Positions 41,244 to 60,821 of a DNA stretch of 64,000 nt are shown here, piece after piece. This stretch comes from a bacterium. Lineage in GTDB: Bacteria > UBA8248. A program made the position numbers and the translations under genes. The stretch covers positions 704,001-768,000 of the forward strand of contig CBDBZY010000064.1 of assembly GCA_965213685.1 (NCBI GenBank), read 5' to 3'. The notes below the pieces were generated by a model that was given only the letters and a program-made list of their open reading frames with translations, ran no database searches and was not told the origin of the DNA. The first letter of the stretch is position 1; every line of letters begins with the position of its first letter.

Positions 41244-43349
41244 ACATGCTTAGCCTAACTAATGTACATTTTGTCCTCATTCTCTTGTTGTGTAACAATA
41301 CCACAAGAGAGGAAGAGTGGACATTGCTTTGTCACGCTCACTATTTGTGTACGTAACTGCACGAAAAAGCACTAAAGTGCAAACCCTCGGCGCAGTTGCA
41401 TTGCATGCTACAACATGGCCTGCACAGATGATGCAAGCATTGTTTAAGGCCCGTTTGTGTGTATGTGTGCTTGCGACGTCTTTCGCCAATGCGTTCGGCC
41501 AAAAGTGCTGCATCAGCGCTTTTCGCCCGTTGCCTTGGAGCCACGCCCTCTCGCTGCACGACGAAGGCGTGTTTGCGCACTGTTACTTCCTCCTCTCCTT
41601 GCGCTACACTGGTACGACTCTCCGAGTAGCCTCCCTAGTCTGGCTAGTGAGACTACTCTCAGAGCGACATTCTACACTTGCTGTTGTTTTTCACCACAAT
41701 GCTGTTTATTCTCTGTGAACTTATAGTTATGACCCAAGGCTTCATCTTCAGTTTATTATAGGATAATCGTATGACCCTCAATTCCCTTGTATGAGTATAC
41801 ATAGCACTGTGACTCGGTTTTTGAGTCTCATAAGGGTGAGCCACTTCACACTCCCCCTACAGCAGCATTTGTAGGGAGCTAGTCTATTATGCATGACTGA
41901 AATTGAATTTTCACATTGCGTGCACAAGAAGTCCAACCCTTCCACGTATGGTGATAACACCCAGAAATGATCACACCAATACAGGTTAGACTAGCTAGCT
42001 CTGGTTATAAGTTCAATCACCTTGTGGAAAATATCATTAACCAAGTGTCACAAGATACCTCAAATTTCAGCTACATTAATGTGAATGGTTCAAGTTAAAA
42101 TGGAATGTTATGTCAGCACCCTTAAAATTTGTTTCTATAGTACAATAATTATGAGTGCCTGGATTCATTGGAGTGTAGACAAGAGCTGGTTGTGTAGATG
42201 CTTATTGTCATTGGTGGCTTGCCCCACAACACTGCATCCTATGTGTATGCTCATCTCAAACATGCCACAAGTCAGTTCCGCTTCACTGCATTTTGTACTC
42301 AAAGACATACTTAGGTTGCCCAGTAATCAACACTCAATCATCATCGATGCACATTCTGCACCCACAACATGAGTGTGAGAGGTTCTTGACTCATTTTGTG
42401 CTGCAAGGGGCTAGCTGGGAAGGAAAGAAACTAACCTAGATGATTGACTTTACTTCCATTTACTAAGTGCCTGTGGGTATTGTATGTATGGGTAGTAACC
42501 CACAACTATACCTAGAGTGGAAGTCAAGTTGATGCACTTTCTCAGGAAGAAATTTCAAAAATGGTAAAAGGGTTGGTCCACAGTGTATCAACTTGACTTC
42601 CACACTAAGCAGCTGTGGGTTACTGCATCAACTTTACTTCCATTTTCCAAGTATCTGTGAGTTATTGTGTGTATGGGTAGTAACCCACAAAATACCTGGA
42701 GTGGAAGTCAGGTTGCATGATGCACCTTCTCAAATTTCAAATACTTATAGTAAAAGTGGTCCACAGTGCATCAACTAGACTTCCACACTAAGCAGCTGTG
42801 GGTTATATTTATGGGTGCACAGATCCATAGCATTCACTCTGGTTGCAGCTTTTAGTGCCATGAATGCACTGATGCACAGTCATGTATGGGGGCTTGCACT
42901 TATGGTACTAAAAGCTACAACCAGAGTGAATGCCACAAATCCATACACCCATACACCCATACAGGTACTCATGCAATGAGTCAAGAACCTCTCACACTCG
43001 TGTTGTGGGTGCAGAAGTACGTCTGGTTTTGAATACGAAATGTTGTGAAATACAACTAACTTGTGACACTGTTTGAAATGAGCATACACATACATGCAGA
43101 GTGTACTGTTGTTGGGGCAAGCCATTTAATGCAATTGACCACCTACACAATCAACCTTTGCTTACACTCCAACTGATTATTGCAACAGTGAATCCCGTGC
43201 ACTAGAGAAATCCTATCATGCGGCGGCAATTTTTGGGCTCTGCATGGCATTTGAATTTCTTGTGAGTGGTTCTTACCTGAAGGGAAGACAACAGTCTGGA
43301 GAGTCTGGTGGTGTAGCATTTGTGCAGTTTCATGAGGCCATTTTTTAAT

Positions 43350-44560
43350 TCAGCATGGAGGTTGAAGCCGAATGTAAGCAAGTGTGCTGTAGTGGTATTT
43401 TCAAAGAGTAAAGTACTTAGTAGCTGGACATGGGGTGAACATAATTATATCATTTTACATCTGATGGTGGGTGGAACTCATGTGAAGAGAGTGATTATAT
43501 AGTAATGGAAAGAAGAAAATTTTAATCAGCTTCACAGTAATATTAGTAATAGGAAATGTATTTGAGTGCTCGAAGACTTTTGCTTCTGTCATGATCAGTC
43601 CTTAGACCTAGCATTGAGAATGGTAGTGTGAAGTTTGAAAGTGCAATAAAAGTCAGGCAAGTGCCTTAGAATCTATTCTCTTGGGGGGAGCAAAAAGGAT
43701 CCTTAGAGTCTCATCTAGGAGTTGTAATGAGGCAGTTATAGAGGGAACATGGGTTTAGAACCTTGAAGAACTGTAGAGACAAGGCTAAGCTTTAAGTGGT
43801 GGTACAAACTAGCATCTATACCAGTAAGGAAGACAGCGGAAGCACTGGAATAAGTACATGTATGTAGATGAATAATTTGATGTGCTAGGATTGCATAAAA
43901 GAGAATTGTTAGATGATATTAATTAGAAGGGGCAATGTCCATTAAGCCTGTTTTTGTTGAGTGTGAATAAATGAGGAGTATATATGTGGAAGGATTGAAT
44001 ATCAAGGTTAAGTTCGAGTTGCAATTGTATAAAACATAAATTGTGGTAAGGAAGTAGAGTTCAAGAGGTACCTTCATGGGGTTAGTGATGCTGGAACTGG
44101 ACTCTTGTTTAAATTTAGGTCAGGAATACAGTCATGGTTTGAATGAGGAGCTAGGTATGCATAGGAGGAGTTAAGCTCAGGGCCACATAAGGAAAGGCTT
44201 TTATAGATAATATTGAGAGGGCTTCTTTTGTGTTAGGTTGTGAGCTTTGGATGGAGAATTTTGATTCTATGCTTGCTTTGGTGAAGGAGTGCATCATCAA
44301 TTTGTGGGAGGTTGGAAAGGTTAAATTATATGGAGAACCATGCTCTACCAAACCTTAGTCTCAGTCTTCAAAGGATGGCATTGGGGTTGGAATGCAGGAA
44401 AGAGCTGAGTTTGGTAAGTTCAGTCACTCAGAGAGAGTGACAGGAAAGTTACCTACATGTATAACCGGTGATCTGTTATGTGTATGTTCATTTAAAACTG
44501 GCTCTGCCTACACTGGGTGTGTGGGCAATGGCAGGATTGCTAGGGCAGCCTCTTGAGTAT
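43350..44560 (+). mobile_element. Highly degenerate LINE 3' remnant
   Basis: WRLKPNVSKCAVVVFSK, ALESILLGGAKRIL and GKEVEFKRYLHGVSDAGTGLLFKFRSG in broken frames. Confidence 0.6.
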
Positions 44561-44942
44561 TTCTTCTATAGAACTCCAATTTAGGGATCTGACATAATGT
44601 TCCATTTTGCATTCAATTTTGTTATGGACCACATCAAGTAAGAACTTGTCATAACAGAAGGCCAGTCTTTTTGAGACTGACAAGAATATCAGTATGGATA
44701 ACATTAATTATCTATGACATCCTCAACAGTTTATTTGTCATAACCTTTCAGGTGATAATAGCCTGCAATGACAGTACAATGTTGTCCCGTAAATAATAAA
44801 CTATGACATACAGCAATAACTATGAATACAAAATACATCAGTAGCTTTGAGCATAATAACTATATTGCATCATTTTGGCATAAGACAGACACACTTGATG
44901 ATAACTGTTATGCGGAAGGTGAAGAGTGAATGAATGAGTTCC

Positions 44943-48841
<3,899 letters not shown>

Positions 48842-49153
48842 AAGTCACTGGTCTCAGATCAAGTGCAGCTATACTGTACTAAACCTACAGAGGGTGTGCA
48901 ATAAAGGAAACAGCATTGTAAATAAGCACTTACAATCATGCATGAAGTGCCCCAGTGCACACCAGCCCAGTGCCACAGTTCTTACAACTGATGAAAAGGC
49001 TTAGAAATATCCAGTAAAGAGCATAAAGAGAGAGGCCCTGCCTGATGCACCTACTATCATTTCTACTGGCAACAGTGACTTTGTGCATAGCTATGCACAA
49101 GTGCATTATGGTAGCGAGACCAGTAGCTGGCATGGAAATTTTTATAGAAAAGC

Positions 49154-49230
49154 ATGCAGCCACCCGGGATTGAACCAAGGGTCTCTGACTTAAGCTGTCA
49201 GTGCTCTACCACCTGAGCTATGGCCACCAG
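49154..49230 (-). mobile_element. tRNA-derived SINE-like head (second copy 54677-54750)
   Basis: GGTGGCCATAGCTCAGGTGGTAGAGCACTGACAGCTTAAGTCAG..GGTTCAATCCC: A and B boxes but an imperfect cloverleaf. Confidence 0.55.
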
Positions 49231-49636
49231 GTGACAGCCAGCCTTCACAATCAATCTGACGTGCTGTCATTTATGTACATGTACATCACACCACCAAGAA
49301 TGAAACTGCATCACTTTTCTTTGCTCATGCACACTCAGGTACATGTACCCATGCACACTCAGGTACATGTACCCATGCACACTCAGGTACATGTACAGGT
49401 ACATGTACCCATGCATGCAGTCACCACTTCCGTGAGGGAAACTGCCCCCACTTCACTCCTATGGGCTCTGTTGCAGTACGTTTGCACAAGGTACACTCCA
49501 GGCGCAGGTAGCTGCTCATGAATATCAATGTGGTATATACACTGGGAGAGTGGTGTCTGGTGTGGGCAATTAGTTTGGTTAGCTACCACAACCCTAGACT
49601 GTATGGTTTCTGCTGTAATAGTACTGCACAGCCAGA

Positions 49637-49867
49637 GCTACACAGCCACACAGCCACACAGCCACACAGCTACACAGCCACACAGCCACACAGCCACACA
49701 GCTACACAGCCACACAGCCACACAGCCACACAGCTACACAGCCACACAGCCACACAGCTACACAGCCACACAGCCACACAGCCACACAGCCACACAGCCA
49801 CACAGGGAGGACAGAGTATACACCTCAACAGGTCCACACAGGGAGGACAGAGTATACACCTCAACAG
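49637..49867. repeat. 8-bp minisatellite (ACACAGC[C/T])n followed by a ~35-bp direct repeat
   Basis: Seen directly. Confidence 0.9.
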
Positions 49868-50748
49868 GTTCGTTGGATAGGACATGAATGACAGGAATGC
49901 TGAGTGGCTTTGTCTGAGGTCACATGATTTAGGCTGCTCTAGATGTTTATGTAGACAGTCTACAGTGTATGTCTGTCCCAGTTTAATTGTAACACATACA
50001 AGAAGAACAGGACAAAGAGCAGCAGACTGATTCACGTATGCATAAACATTACTGCAGTCAGAGGAGAATGACATTGAAGATGACCACACATGTACACTGT
50101 GTATTGGTGGCAGGGCCAGACTTCATGCCAATATCTAGCTGCACAAATACACGTACTCCCCTGCATTAAGGGCCAGACTGGTCATGTGCAAGCTAGGGTG
50201 TGGATGTGGCAATACAATCATGATGTACATGTACATGTACATGTACATGTACATGTATGTGTACATGTACGTGTACTCCAACATGGTGTGTATTGTGCCA
50301 TGTGCACAGGAGTAGCCTCATACCCAGGCCACGTGGGAGGGGCCACTTCCCTGCACGACATGGCCTGGACACAAGGCTAGCACAGGAAATCACTTTGCTT
50401 CTCTCAGGCCTTATGGAGTACCACAAATTTCACATCTACTGACATAGTACAAAGGTCACCACATTGCGTACATTCTTCCATGAGTTGCACGAGCACAAGA
50501 AGGAGAAGAAATTGTTAATAACTACTCAGAAAACCGCTCAGACATGTACGCAAGACTCAATATCCAACTTCCTGACATTCCACGGGCTGGGTATGCCGTG
50601 GTGATACAACAGAGCCCATGGCAGTTAATTAGTGGTAGTTACAGTATGATGCAATCCACCTCCCCCAGTGGCTCACCTGCACCACTGGCCTGTGTGCCGT
50701 GTGCAGTGCTGGATTGTCCCACAATCTTATCGGCCCCAGCCCTGCCCC

Positions 50749-50779
<31 letters not shown>

Positions 50780-53700
50780 TGGACTTGGTCTGACCAGCTT
50801 AAGTGCAGCCACATGTACTTCTCCGTGAGATTATTATGAGGAATGATGCAGTAGCAGTGAATGCTGTCGTCAATGGCTAACTACATGTAGATGATGTCAC
50901 AAAACCTGTGTTTGTTAATGCTGTGCTCCACCATAGCAGTAACTTCTCTCTCCCCTTCCCTGATGCCCATGATGCCTCTGGTGCTTTTGATTCCCTGATT
51001 CCCTGATGCCTCTGGTGCTTCTGGTACCTTTCCTGCTTCCACTCACCACCTACATGCATGTATTGGGCTAGTGTCATTAAATTGTGCTAGGGCACCTTCC
51101 ACTCCTCCTTTCTCCTCACTCATCACCCACATACACCCCATTACTGTACTCTCAGAAAAATAAACTGGCAAAGATGCACAAGGAGGAATAAGGCAGGGCA
51201 CATCACTGATGCTATCAGGTTCCAACTCATAGACACAGTGACTGGCAACCTGTGAACCCAGCCACAATAGTGCCCAGTAAAGGGAGCCACAATCACTGAT
51301 GACCTGTGAACCCAGCCACAATAATGACCAGTGATCTGTGGACCCAAAAGGAAACCCTCCATTGGGGTGCTGCGAAATTGCAGAGGACGTCAATTGGGAG
51401 TGCTACGGGTTGAGCGATGGTCATCAATCACTGCATAAGGGAACACTATGGAGCAGGAGAGAGCCACATGGAGACTGGCAGAATGGGAGGCAGTAATTGC
51501 TATGTAAACAATACTAATAGCTTGCACATGTAAGGCTGCAAGTACATGAAGGTTACTCTGCACTGACTAATTACCTGAAGAGAGGTGGTGTTCTTGGAAG
51601 TGCGTACACTCTCCTAACCTTCTCACAAGACCTGTTCCTTTCACAAAACAGAAACTAACCAATACTGGCTTGCAGACAAAAACACAACACCGTGAAGCAT
51701 ACCTTTCCACATGTGTTGGTGCCTACAGGTATAGTTACATGTACATGTAGGTTATGCACCTGCACACCTGCCCTTATACTGGGGGGCATGATGTACACTG
51801 TACGTGTATGCACTCCAGAATACTTACACATCCCACTATAGCCACATACATGTACATAATACATATGCACATACTAAAAAAATTTTGTAGGTTGGGAACT
51901 TGTTCAGCATGGCACACTAGCCACTTCCTCCATCAATACTGTACTTATCGAAAAGTACACAATAGCCTACATGTGCTTCCGCCATCAGAAGACAATGAGC
52001 CATACTTTAATTGGAAAAGTGTACAACTTAACACTCAGAGCTGCTTACACACTAACCAAACAGGTGCACAATGTCAGTCTGTAAGAGAAAGGAGAGTACC
52101 CATCTCTTTGTGGCAGTTGTGCTGCCTCAGACACCATTCTGACTGCTGCACGGACCCTCCCATTGACCACTGTACAATCGAGATGAATAGATGAAGATTT
52201 CAGGTTGGGATTTCTCCCGGGCGAGGTAATGAGCAAGCTGTGCGATGTGTGGGGGCTAGTGACCAGGCTGCATGCCATACCATGGGCCACACTGCCCTGG
52301 GCAGCATGTACCTGTAAGGGCATATATACATGTACATGTGCATGTATTTAGCCTCATACTGCACCTTTAATAGGCCGCTTGGTGTACATGTATATGTGTG
52401 AGGGAGGGCCAGGGTCACTCTCCAAATGCATATCAGGCCCATGCTGAGTATGCTTTCAAGGGCAGGGCAAAGACAAGCAAGAACCAAGGTGGATACAGAT
52501 GTTACAGTGTCCCCACTTGGTAGGTGGTTGCACTTCTTATGCACAGAATAGCTACACATGTACATGTACATGTGTATGGAACTCACAAAGGCAACATCTC
52601 CTCTTACCTACATGTATACGTAGAAATGGACATCTACATACAAGTCAAAGATAAACTATACTTTCACCCACACACATATTACACACACACAGGGCTAGTG
52701 GCTTTCAAAACCCCCAAGGATGGCGGTTGCTTACGGTTTCTCAATAAACCAAGACATGGAATGTGTGCACACAGCATGAGATGGAGGAGGGAGGGAGAGG
52801 GAGGAAGATGAGAAGAGTCATGAAAGGAGTGAGGGACACACTGAGGGAGGAAGGGAGGGAAGTTAAACAGGCATTCCCGGTAGGGGGGAAATACATTAAG
52901 AAGAACGGAGGAAGCAAACCAGTGAGGGGGGAATTACACTACTGTCTTCAGATGTGAGTTTGGGAGTCACAGATGAAGAGATGGTTTACACTACATAGCA
53001 TGTGTTAATTCATATACTACATCCCTTTTGCTCTAGACATAACCTGCAACAGAGTATGTGCACCAAGCCAGAGGCCATCTGGAGTACACTTCCAATAGTA
53101 GCCACGGTGTGGTATACACTTGAGGTATAGTATAGCCACTGTGTTTTTGGTCACTGTATTTCATTACTGGAGCATATCAATGGCCCCACAGAGTCCAACG
53201 CACACTACAAATTACTTACAGGTACGGCAATACTCCACTGAACTACACATCACAAGGAGGAGGAGGGGGGAGGGGGGGGGAGTGGGGATCAAGTATCACA
53301 ATATGCAGTTTCATATAACACAGTAGAGCCACCTTCACCTTTGGTACCTGACCCCCACCTGACATTATGGTCAACAATATCAGCATCCAGCGTTGTTTAT
53401 GTAGAGCACCGACAAACTGTTACCACGAGATCAACAGCATATAAAAACATCTGATGTATACCTCAATACGTGCACCCTCACCCACAGTTCTGCTACTAGT
53501 TTACTGATTTATACCATGTACATGTACATGCCTCCTCATTTTTCCTACGTGGAAGGATACAATACGTGGTTTCCTCGGCTAGACAGCTCAGAAGCCAGTA
53601 GAGGCCACTAATTATTCAGCATAGGTCATAAACAAGCTTAAAACTTAATTCCTCAATGACTGGCATAATTGATTCTCATTGCAACAGTGTGCGCACGCTG

Positions 53701-56700
53701 GGATTCATACAGACTGGGCATCTCGAGTATTGCTCCCCTCCCCCCACCACAGAATATGTGTGGCATTCACTCTGCCTAGGAATCACCACCATAAGCAGTC
53801 TTAAGGCCTTCTCAGTTTTCCATAAAAACCTGCGATCTTCAAGGAGTACACATACATGTACATGCACCAGTACTGCCTGTGGGTGTCAGTGTGTATCATG
53901 CACACACAGGAGGAGAAAGTATGCTCAGCCCACAACTTTACATTCCACACAGACAGGAGGTTGCCTTTCATTTGGGCAAACAAATGCCTTTGACTTGTGT
54001 ACATGGACTGTGGCACACTGATATTGCATTGCTACATGTACAAACAGTGATGCTACCAGTTCAGTGCTGAAACTTCATTGTACATGTACTGTATGTGCAT
54101 TACAGGTACATGTACATGTACATGTATGTGTAGTGGTCAATGCCTGTACAAACATGTAATTGCCAAGTGCCTTAGCACAAGGCATCTAATTTGGCAGCAT
54201 TGTTGGTCCGCGTTTGTATATATGTATGTATATACATGTATGTCCGTCACACTTTTCTGTACATGCGCCTGTAGAATACTTTGTGTACTCCTATGCACAC
54301 ACTTGCACTGTAGAGTCAGTCATGGGTGAGCCAACATAGCTATATAGTGGACCCAATGTATGGCCATAGTTCCCTACGCATGTATTACATGTGTTGGTAC
54401 TGTAGATGGAGCCTGATGAGCCTGGACCCTTCAAGGGCTGCATGTACATGTACTCTTAGATCAACCACCACGGCTATGTATACTGCACGAGGGCTGCTCT
54501 TAGATCAACCACCATAGCTATATACATGTACACTGCGTGTAGGCTGCTCTTAGATCAACCACCACAGCTATACACACTGCACAAGGCATTCTCCTGTGCA
54601 CACTGCGTATACCAAGTTATTCATATACATGCACATGTACATGATGAAAATATTTTTAGAGAACTGTGATAAACCGGCAGCCACCCGGGTTTGAACTGGG
54701 GGCCTCTGACTTAAGCTGTCAGTGCTCTACCACCTGAGCTATGGCCACCGGGTGACAGCATGTAGGCATGTAGGAGCCAGATAAAGATATACATGGAAAA
54801 GGTTGTGGTAAAAGGGCATCACCGAGTACAAGCACTGTGCACACAGCCCTGAGGAGGGGGAGAGAGCATTTGATGCGGCTCAGGTGAACAACATCCTGTG
54901 CAGGGTAAATATTCCCCCTTCTGTTTGTACATGTCGTACACACACTCACGGAAACAAGCAGAAGAGAGAGGGACTCATCGTGTGAAGATTCCCATAGCAC
55001 AAGCCTTGAACACTCTGCCATAGAGATTCCATGAGATTCACCATCCCAGGAACCTGCAGACACCACTAATGTCTATATTTGACACAAACCAGTGAGACCA
55101 GCCCATACTGTGGCCTAAACAAAGAGTTATTGATGCTTCAGAAACCTATGGCCCCCTATCTCTAGTATGAAGAGTGCTAGCAGTCCATTCAGGTGTGTGG
55201 TGTACATGTGTACATGTACCTTCAACACCTCTGGACCTTACAGACACATGTACATGTACATGTACTGTGCATTTGTGGTTGCACTAGACAAGCCATTCCT
55301 TCAACCTAGCCAAATGTTAAGATAATTGGATAGGAACAATTTTCTGGCCAGACTACAATCTTACAAGGTATATGTACACTGTACATGTTGGTCAATGTAC
55401 ATGTATAGGTATATGCATAATGTACATGTACATGTAGATTCTCAAAGAGACAAGGCTATACCTGAAGACAGTTATTTCTTCACACAGAAAAAATGACCTG
55501 CCTCAGGCAAGACTCAAACCTGCAACACACTGCATACAGTGCAGATGCTCTACAAAACTGAGCTCAGTACTGATTACAAGTACATGGATCGATCAGTCAT
55601 AGAGACAAGGCAAAGGAAGGCAGCTATACCTGAAGACAGGTCTTTTTTCCGGAAAAAAAATGAGCTGCCTCAGGCGTAATTTGAACACATGACATCCTGT
55701 ATACCATACACAACCAAAGCAGCCCAGATGGGCAGGCTGAATATTTAAGGTTTATACATGCACAAGGGCAAAGGCGTCTCTTCCCTGCTAGATAGGGTTA
55801 CTCTAAACTCAGCACTAAGGAGTGGGCTGGGGTAGTCAAACCACCAAAGACACCCAACTTCATAGTGAGTAATTACATGATCAATCAGCCATAGAGACAA
55901 GGCAAAGGAAGGCAACTGCACCTGGAGACAGCTCTTTCTTCCAGAGAAAAAATGAGCTGCTTCAGGCGGGACTCGAACCCAACAACACCTCCACACCATG
56001 CAGATGCTCTACCACATGCACACACAGGTACCAACTCACACTGGATAAATGCCTGCCAAAGTTTGGGTATTCACATTTAATTCAATAAAGAAACACTGAA
56101 AAAGTAGTGCCCTACAACCCAAGAGGTTCCTCTCCCCCTCTCCAAAAAATAGCCGCATTCATTATGCAATTATAGTCATTACATGCTTTAAAACTTTTCC
56201 AGAAACTCCACACAACCAGTAGCAGTCAAAACCACACCTGTCCCCATCCCATTTCAGAGTGACACACAAATCCATTTGAGTCCAGACTGCCCACACAAAG
56301 TCATGACACAGAACACACTCTCCTAACTCAATAGTACAGCATAATTAGGTCCCTCAGAGTCACAAGCTTGGACAACAGCCCACCAACATACATGTACATG
56401 TAGCACCATGTAGGGAGACCTACTACTTGAACACAATACCTCCCCACAGGCTGTGATAACAGACTACTCTCAAAGCTCTGCAGACCTGTGGACTAGTATG
56501 CTGACTAGTGCACTTTACTCCAATGAACACCACACATCTACAGTGACCAAACTCATAATTACATGTACATGGCCTTATCAGGACCACTTAGGTACAAGTG
56601 CAGGTACTTTTTCCCAACTACTCCCCCATTGGTTAAAAAAACACTGGTAAGAGCAGATCCATTTTCAGCATCTCAACACTACTACTACTCTGAACACCCC

Positions 56701-57479
56701 CTCCCCCTCTCCTGAGCCACAATGGAGGCTGCACCAGTAGCCCTGCAAGACATGCTCACAGGAAAAGAGCACCTCATGTGTCTGCATGAAGCTTCCCAAG
56801 TTCAAGGAAATACTATCTATTAGCCAAGAATGGGTACCCACAATCGGACTCTGAAAGTGTCCAAGGGAACTGGAGTATAACTGCACACATTGCTGGGATA
56901 TGGTGTGGACTTCCACACTAATAACAAAAATTGCGCCAAATTGAAACTTGCTAGTACCTCATTTGATCAAGGTACATGTACATACCTGTAGAGCAGCCAT
57001 GTTACGGCATGTACATGTACATATAGTATGCATGTGGCAGGACTTGACATACAGTACATGTACATGTACTTGTACTTGTACAATGCGAATAAAGCACCCA
57101 GCAGGGCAGGGCAGGGCAGGGCAGGGCAGGGCAGGGCAGGTAGCTCAAGATTAGACAGTGTGCTCACCAGGGCCACCTGGTACAGTGACTGTCTGGCTGT
57201 GCGTAGTGTGCAAGTTGCTCAGGCACAGGACGATGCAGAAAGCCGACACGCACACAACACACAGTGACGGGACACACTTCTCCTTCAGGGGCACCATGGA
57301 GATATTGCTGATGGGTCCCAGACCACGTGTGACACGGTGAATACACCTGGCGCCCCGTACATACACTTCATACCTTACTCGTGCATCGAAGCAGTGTTCA
57401 ATACATTCTCTTAGCTCTATTACCGGATACTTACCACAACACTGTTTCCCTATCAAACCCAGAACTTTATCGGACTTAT

Positions 57480-57800
57480 ACCTGCACATAAACGTTCACA
57501 TATGATAAAGGCGCGTTGTCACTGGTACATGGTATCGGTACATGGTGCACCGCGCGCGCGTACGCGTATAAACACAGCACGCGTCACACTGCACTGTACG
57601 CTGTACAAACCGCAAAACCGGCCGCGCCGGTTTTAATCCCGGGTGCTCTGCGCATGCGCTACACTTAGTAGTAAATAAATGTAATCGTCTACAAGTTCTT
57701 ACCAGATTCCTGGAGGAGGACGCGTGCAGTTACGTTGGGTTTCGGTGCGGGACAAAGCCTCGGGGAAGAGACGCACGGTGTCGAGTCAAAGACGGAGCAT
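57480..57800. promoter_or_regulatory. CpG-rich island, candidate bidirectional promoter
   Basis: Local CpG excess (CCGCGCGCGCGTACGCG), NRF1-like TGCGCATGCGC at 57649-57659, quasi-palindrome AAAACCGGCCGCGCCGGTTTT; lies between two divergent genes. Confidence 0.45.
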
Positions 57801-60042
57801 TTTCAAGGTGTGTGGATGGCCTCTGATAGCTTTATTGATGCTAGAGAACATCTCTGCAGTTACGTCAAGCTTCCAAGTACGCCCTTTTTATCTGATAGGT
57901 GTCATTGCCTATATGAAGAATCGCACTTTTGAGGTAGAACTCTCCCAAGCCCCTGCTGTGAGATGTTATCATAACAACCAGAATCAACCAAGGCCAAAAA
58001 ATTAATACCTCAAGCCAAATTATTGGGATTAGTTATCAACCCCCCTCAGCATATACAATTCTGACTCATACAAATCTAGGGCAGCACATATACCTGTACT
58101 CCATGTCAAAATCCACACCCTCTCCCTGTGGTTTGTATGTGGTATCGGTGTCGTTGGGGGAGGAGCAAGAGCTACATGGAATGGTACTGTTAAAATGGAC
58201 AATGGTAACTAAAGTATTAGCTGCACAGCAGCTCTTGTACTTGTAATTGGATTGTAGATTGTGTATTGCCTATTGTCTTGTTATGAATGTGGTGTACATG
58301 TTGGCTCAACGGCAGACATGTTTACATTCCATATACTGATTGCTGGCAGTGGATGCCACAGATCCTGGTCTGACCTCGTTTCCTCCTAGTCAAACAGGAT
58401 ACACTGGGCCAGATTACCAGATCAAATTGCACAGAGCTTCCAGCAGTTACTGTTGTTTCAACCAATGCCATATTAGGAGCATATTTCTGAATGACAGGCA
58501 GTCTCCCCCAAGTTCAATTAATAAACTACTGTACTTGACAAATGTAATTAAGTCAGTACCAGTCTGGCCCCTTCTGGGACTGGATTTTTGGAATAGCAGA
58601 TGGTCAAAGACCTAATTTGTCCTGCAGGTTGGACGGCATGTTTGGACGTTGTGCTTCTCTGTGCATGTCTCTACTAGGTACTCACTGCAACACTGCAACC
58701 CCATAGGGGTAGGTGGACCTTTGCTCATTTAGTTGCCTTAGAAATGCCGTATGTTGCCCACTCTTGGACTTCGTCTTTTGGCCAATAACCACAATGAACA
58801 CCTGACTTCCTACCCAGTGCAGTCAGACTGGTGCAAGGGACTAGATGACCCCAGACCCCCCTCCCCCCCCCCCTGAAGACAGTGTATTGTGGTCAGGTCT
58901 AAGCAAACAAATTATCCTTCTCTTTTGAAGCATCAAGTCGCCAAACTTCCCTGCATCTTGAGAGTGCCACCTCACAGCTCACCACCACTACAACCACACT
59001 TCCTGCCCATTCAGTTCTGCCCTGTGCAGCATTTCATGCTACGCTAAGGGCACTGTATCTGAACAGTAATGTGTAACATTCATACAATGAACATTGAAGA
59101 ACTGTTTTTACCCTTTCCCATTCCACTAAATTTACCACCTTGATAAAGACTATTACAGACAATCAAATTGCACATCCCCAACGTGCCTTTGAGTGTCCAA
59201 GTAGATCCTTCAAACACTCATACATGTACATACAACTTATCACCTTGTCTGTCTGCCTTCCTAGTGCCCATTCAGACAAGTAATTATTGATATCATACAT
59301 CCTCTCACCTCCCTGGCGCACTGTGGTGGGGATATTGTCACTGCCTTCAACCATAATTAGAGAATCTCAACCTGGTGCAGCCATAAAAACAAGCCAGACT
59401 CCATGACTCCAGGTTGCTAGGGCACTAGGATGCAGCAACCACACTGTTACTGTACTTACATGCACAATCTATGGCAGATTGTGTGTTGATAATTCAATAC
59501 TGATTGTTGGTAGGAGGTTCAAAGGCTACTGGCGCCCGGGCTATCACAGGGATACTTAGTATCTGGTGCCATAGGGACAAGTGTGTGGCAGCATAAGAGT
59601 ATAATACTTAGTGCGTGGCGCCATGAGGGTATACGTGGGGTGTGCTGCACTAATGTGTGGAGTATAATACTGCACCATAGAGATACGTAGGGTGTGGTGC
59701 CCTACCGATAAGCATGAAACTATAGTATGTGGCGCCATAGGGTGTGATGCCGTAAGGATCAGCGTAAGAGCACATGTCGTGTCATACGGCTACATAGGAG
59801 TATATGCTTAGTACGTGTATGTGGTGCTGTAGGGATGTACATGCACATGTACATGTACCTAGGATGTGGTGTCAGAGACTCCATGATGAGCACATCAGCT
59901 AAAACAGAACACCAGAAGTAGTGTTTCGGCTGTATGTGTTTATGTTTGTTGTATGTGTTGGCCATTGTGTGGTGGTTGTGTGCTGTTGTTACTGGTGAGG
60001 TGTGCAATATTTGTGCTAGTTTTGTGAGAATAGCCATGACTC

Positions 60043-60081
<39 letters not shown>

Positions 60082-60821
60082 CAAACACACATACTTGCTC
60101 ACTAACTAGCACTCACTCACTAACTCACTCACTCACTCACTCACTCACTCACTCATTCACTGTACATGTATGTACTCTCAGGAAAACCACTATAGTAAGT
60201 ATTAAGTGCCTTCTGTTCGAATATCCTGCACCTCCCCCATACTATTTCCTGTCCTGCCCAGTTCCATTTCCTCTAAGGAAACCATGGCATGGCCAGTGTT
60301 TGTACATGAAGTCTGAGACCTTCCTGGTATGCCTGCTATATTGGCAAGGGAAATTTCAACAGTATGTCATGTACACGGCACATGGGCTCCCTCGTGATGT
60401 CTAGTACCAGGTGTTTGGCCATCCAAGTAGCTATTGGCATGCAGAAGGCTCACACTTGTGTCCATGCACAGCCTTGTGATACTTTCACTTGCCAAAATGT
60501 TTAGGTCACATGAGACCCATATTAGGTTCTCCTCCACATACGCAATGTGTAAACATATTAGGGCTCCATCCTGCTAGTAATTAGACCTGTATGTTATTAA
60601 CATTTTGCAGGTGTACTCATGCATGCACAAGGGGCGGCTGACCGGAAGCATGACATTACCTTGCATGGTGTACCATGTACTGCTTCTGTATCATGTTGTC
60701 ACCTAGCAATGTATCCTCCTCCTCCTCCTCCTCCTCCTCGTCCTCCTCCTCCTCCTCTTCCTCCCTCTTTATCCTCCACTCTGCTCCACCTACACAGGGT
60801 TCACAGGTACACCACTCAAGG

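Noticed and set aside
49637-49867. CRISPR-like array
   Set aside because: Simple tandem 8-mer with no unique spacers, in eukaryotic context with no cas genes.
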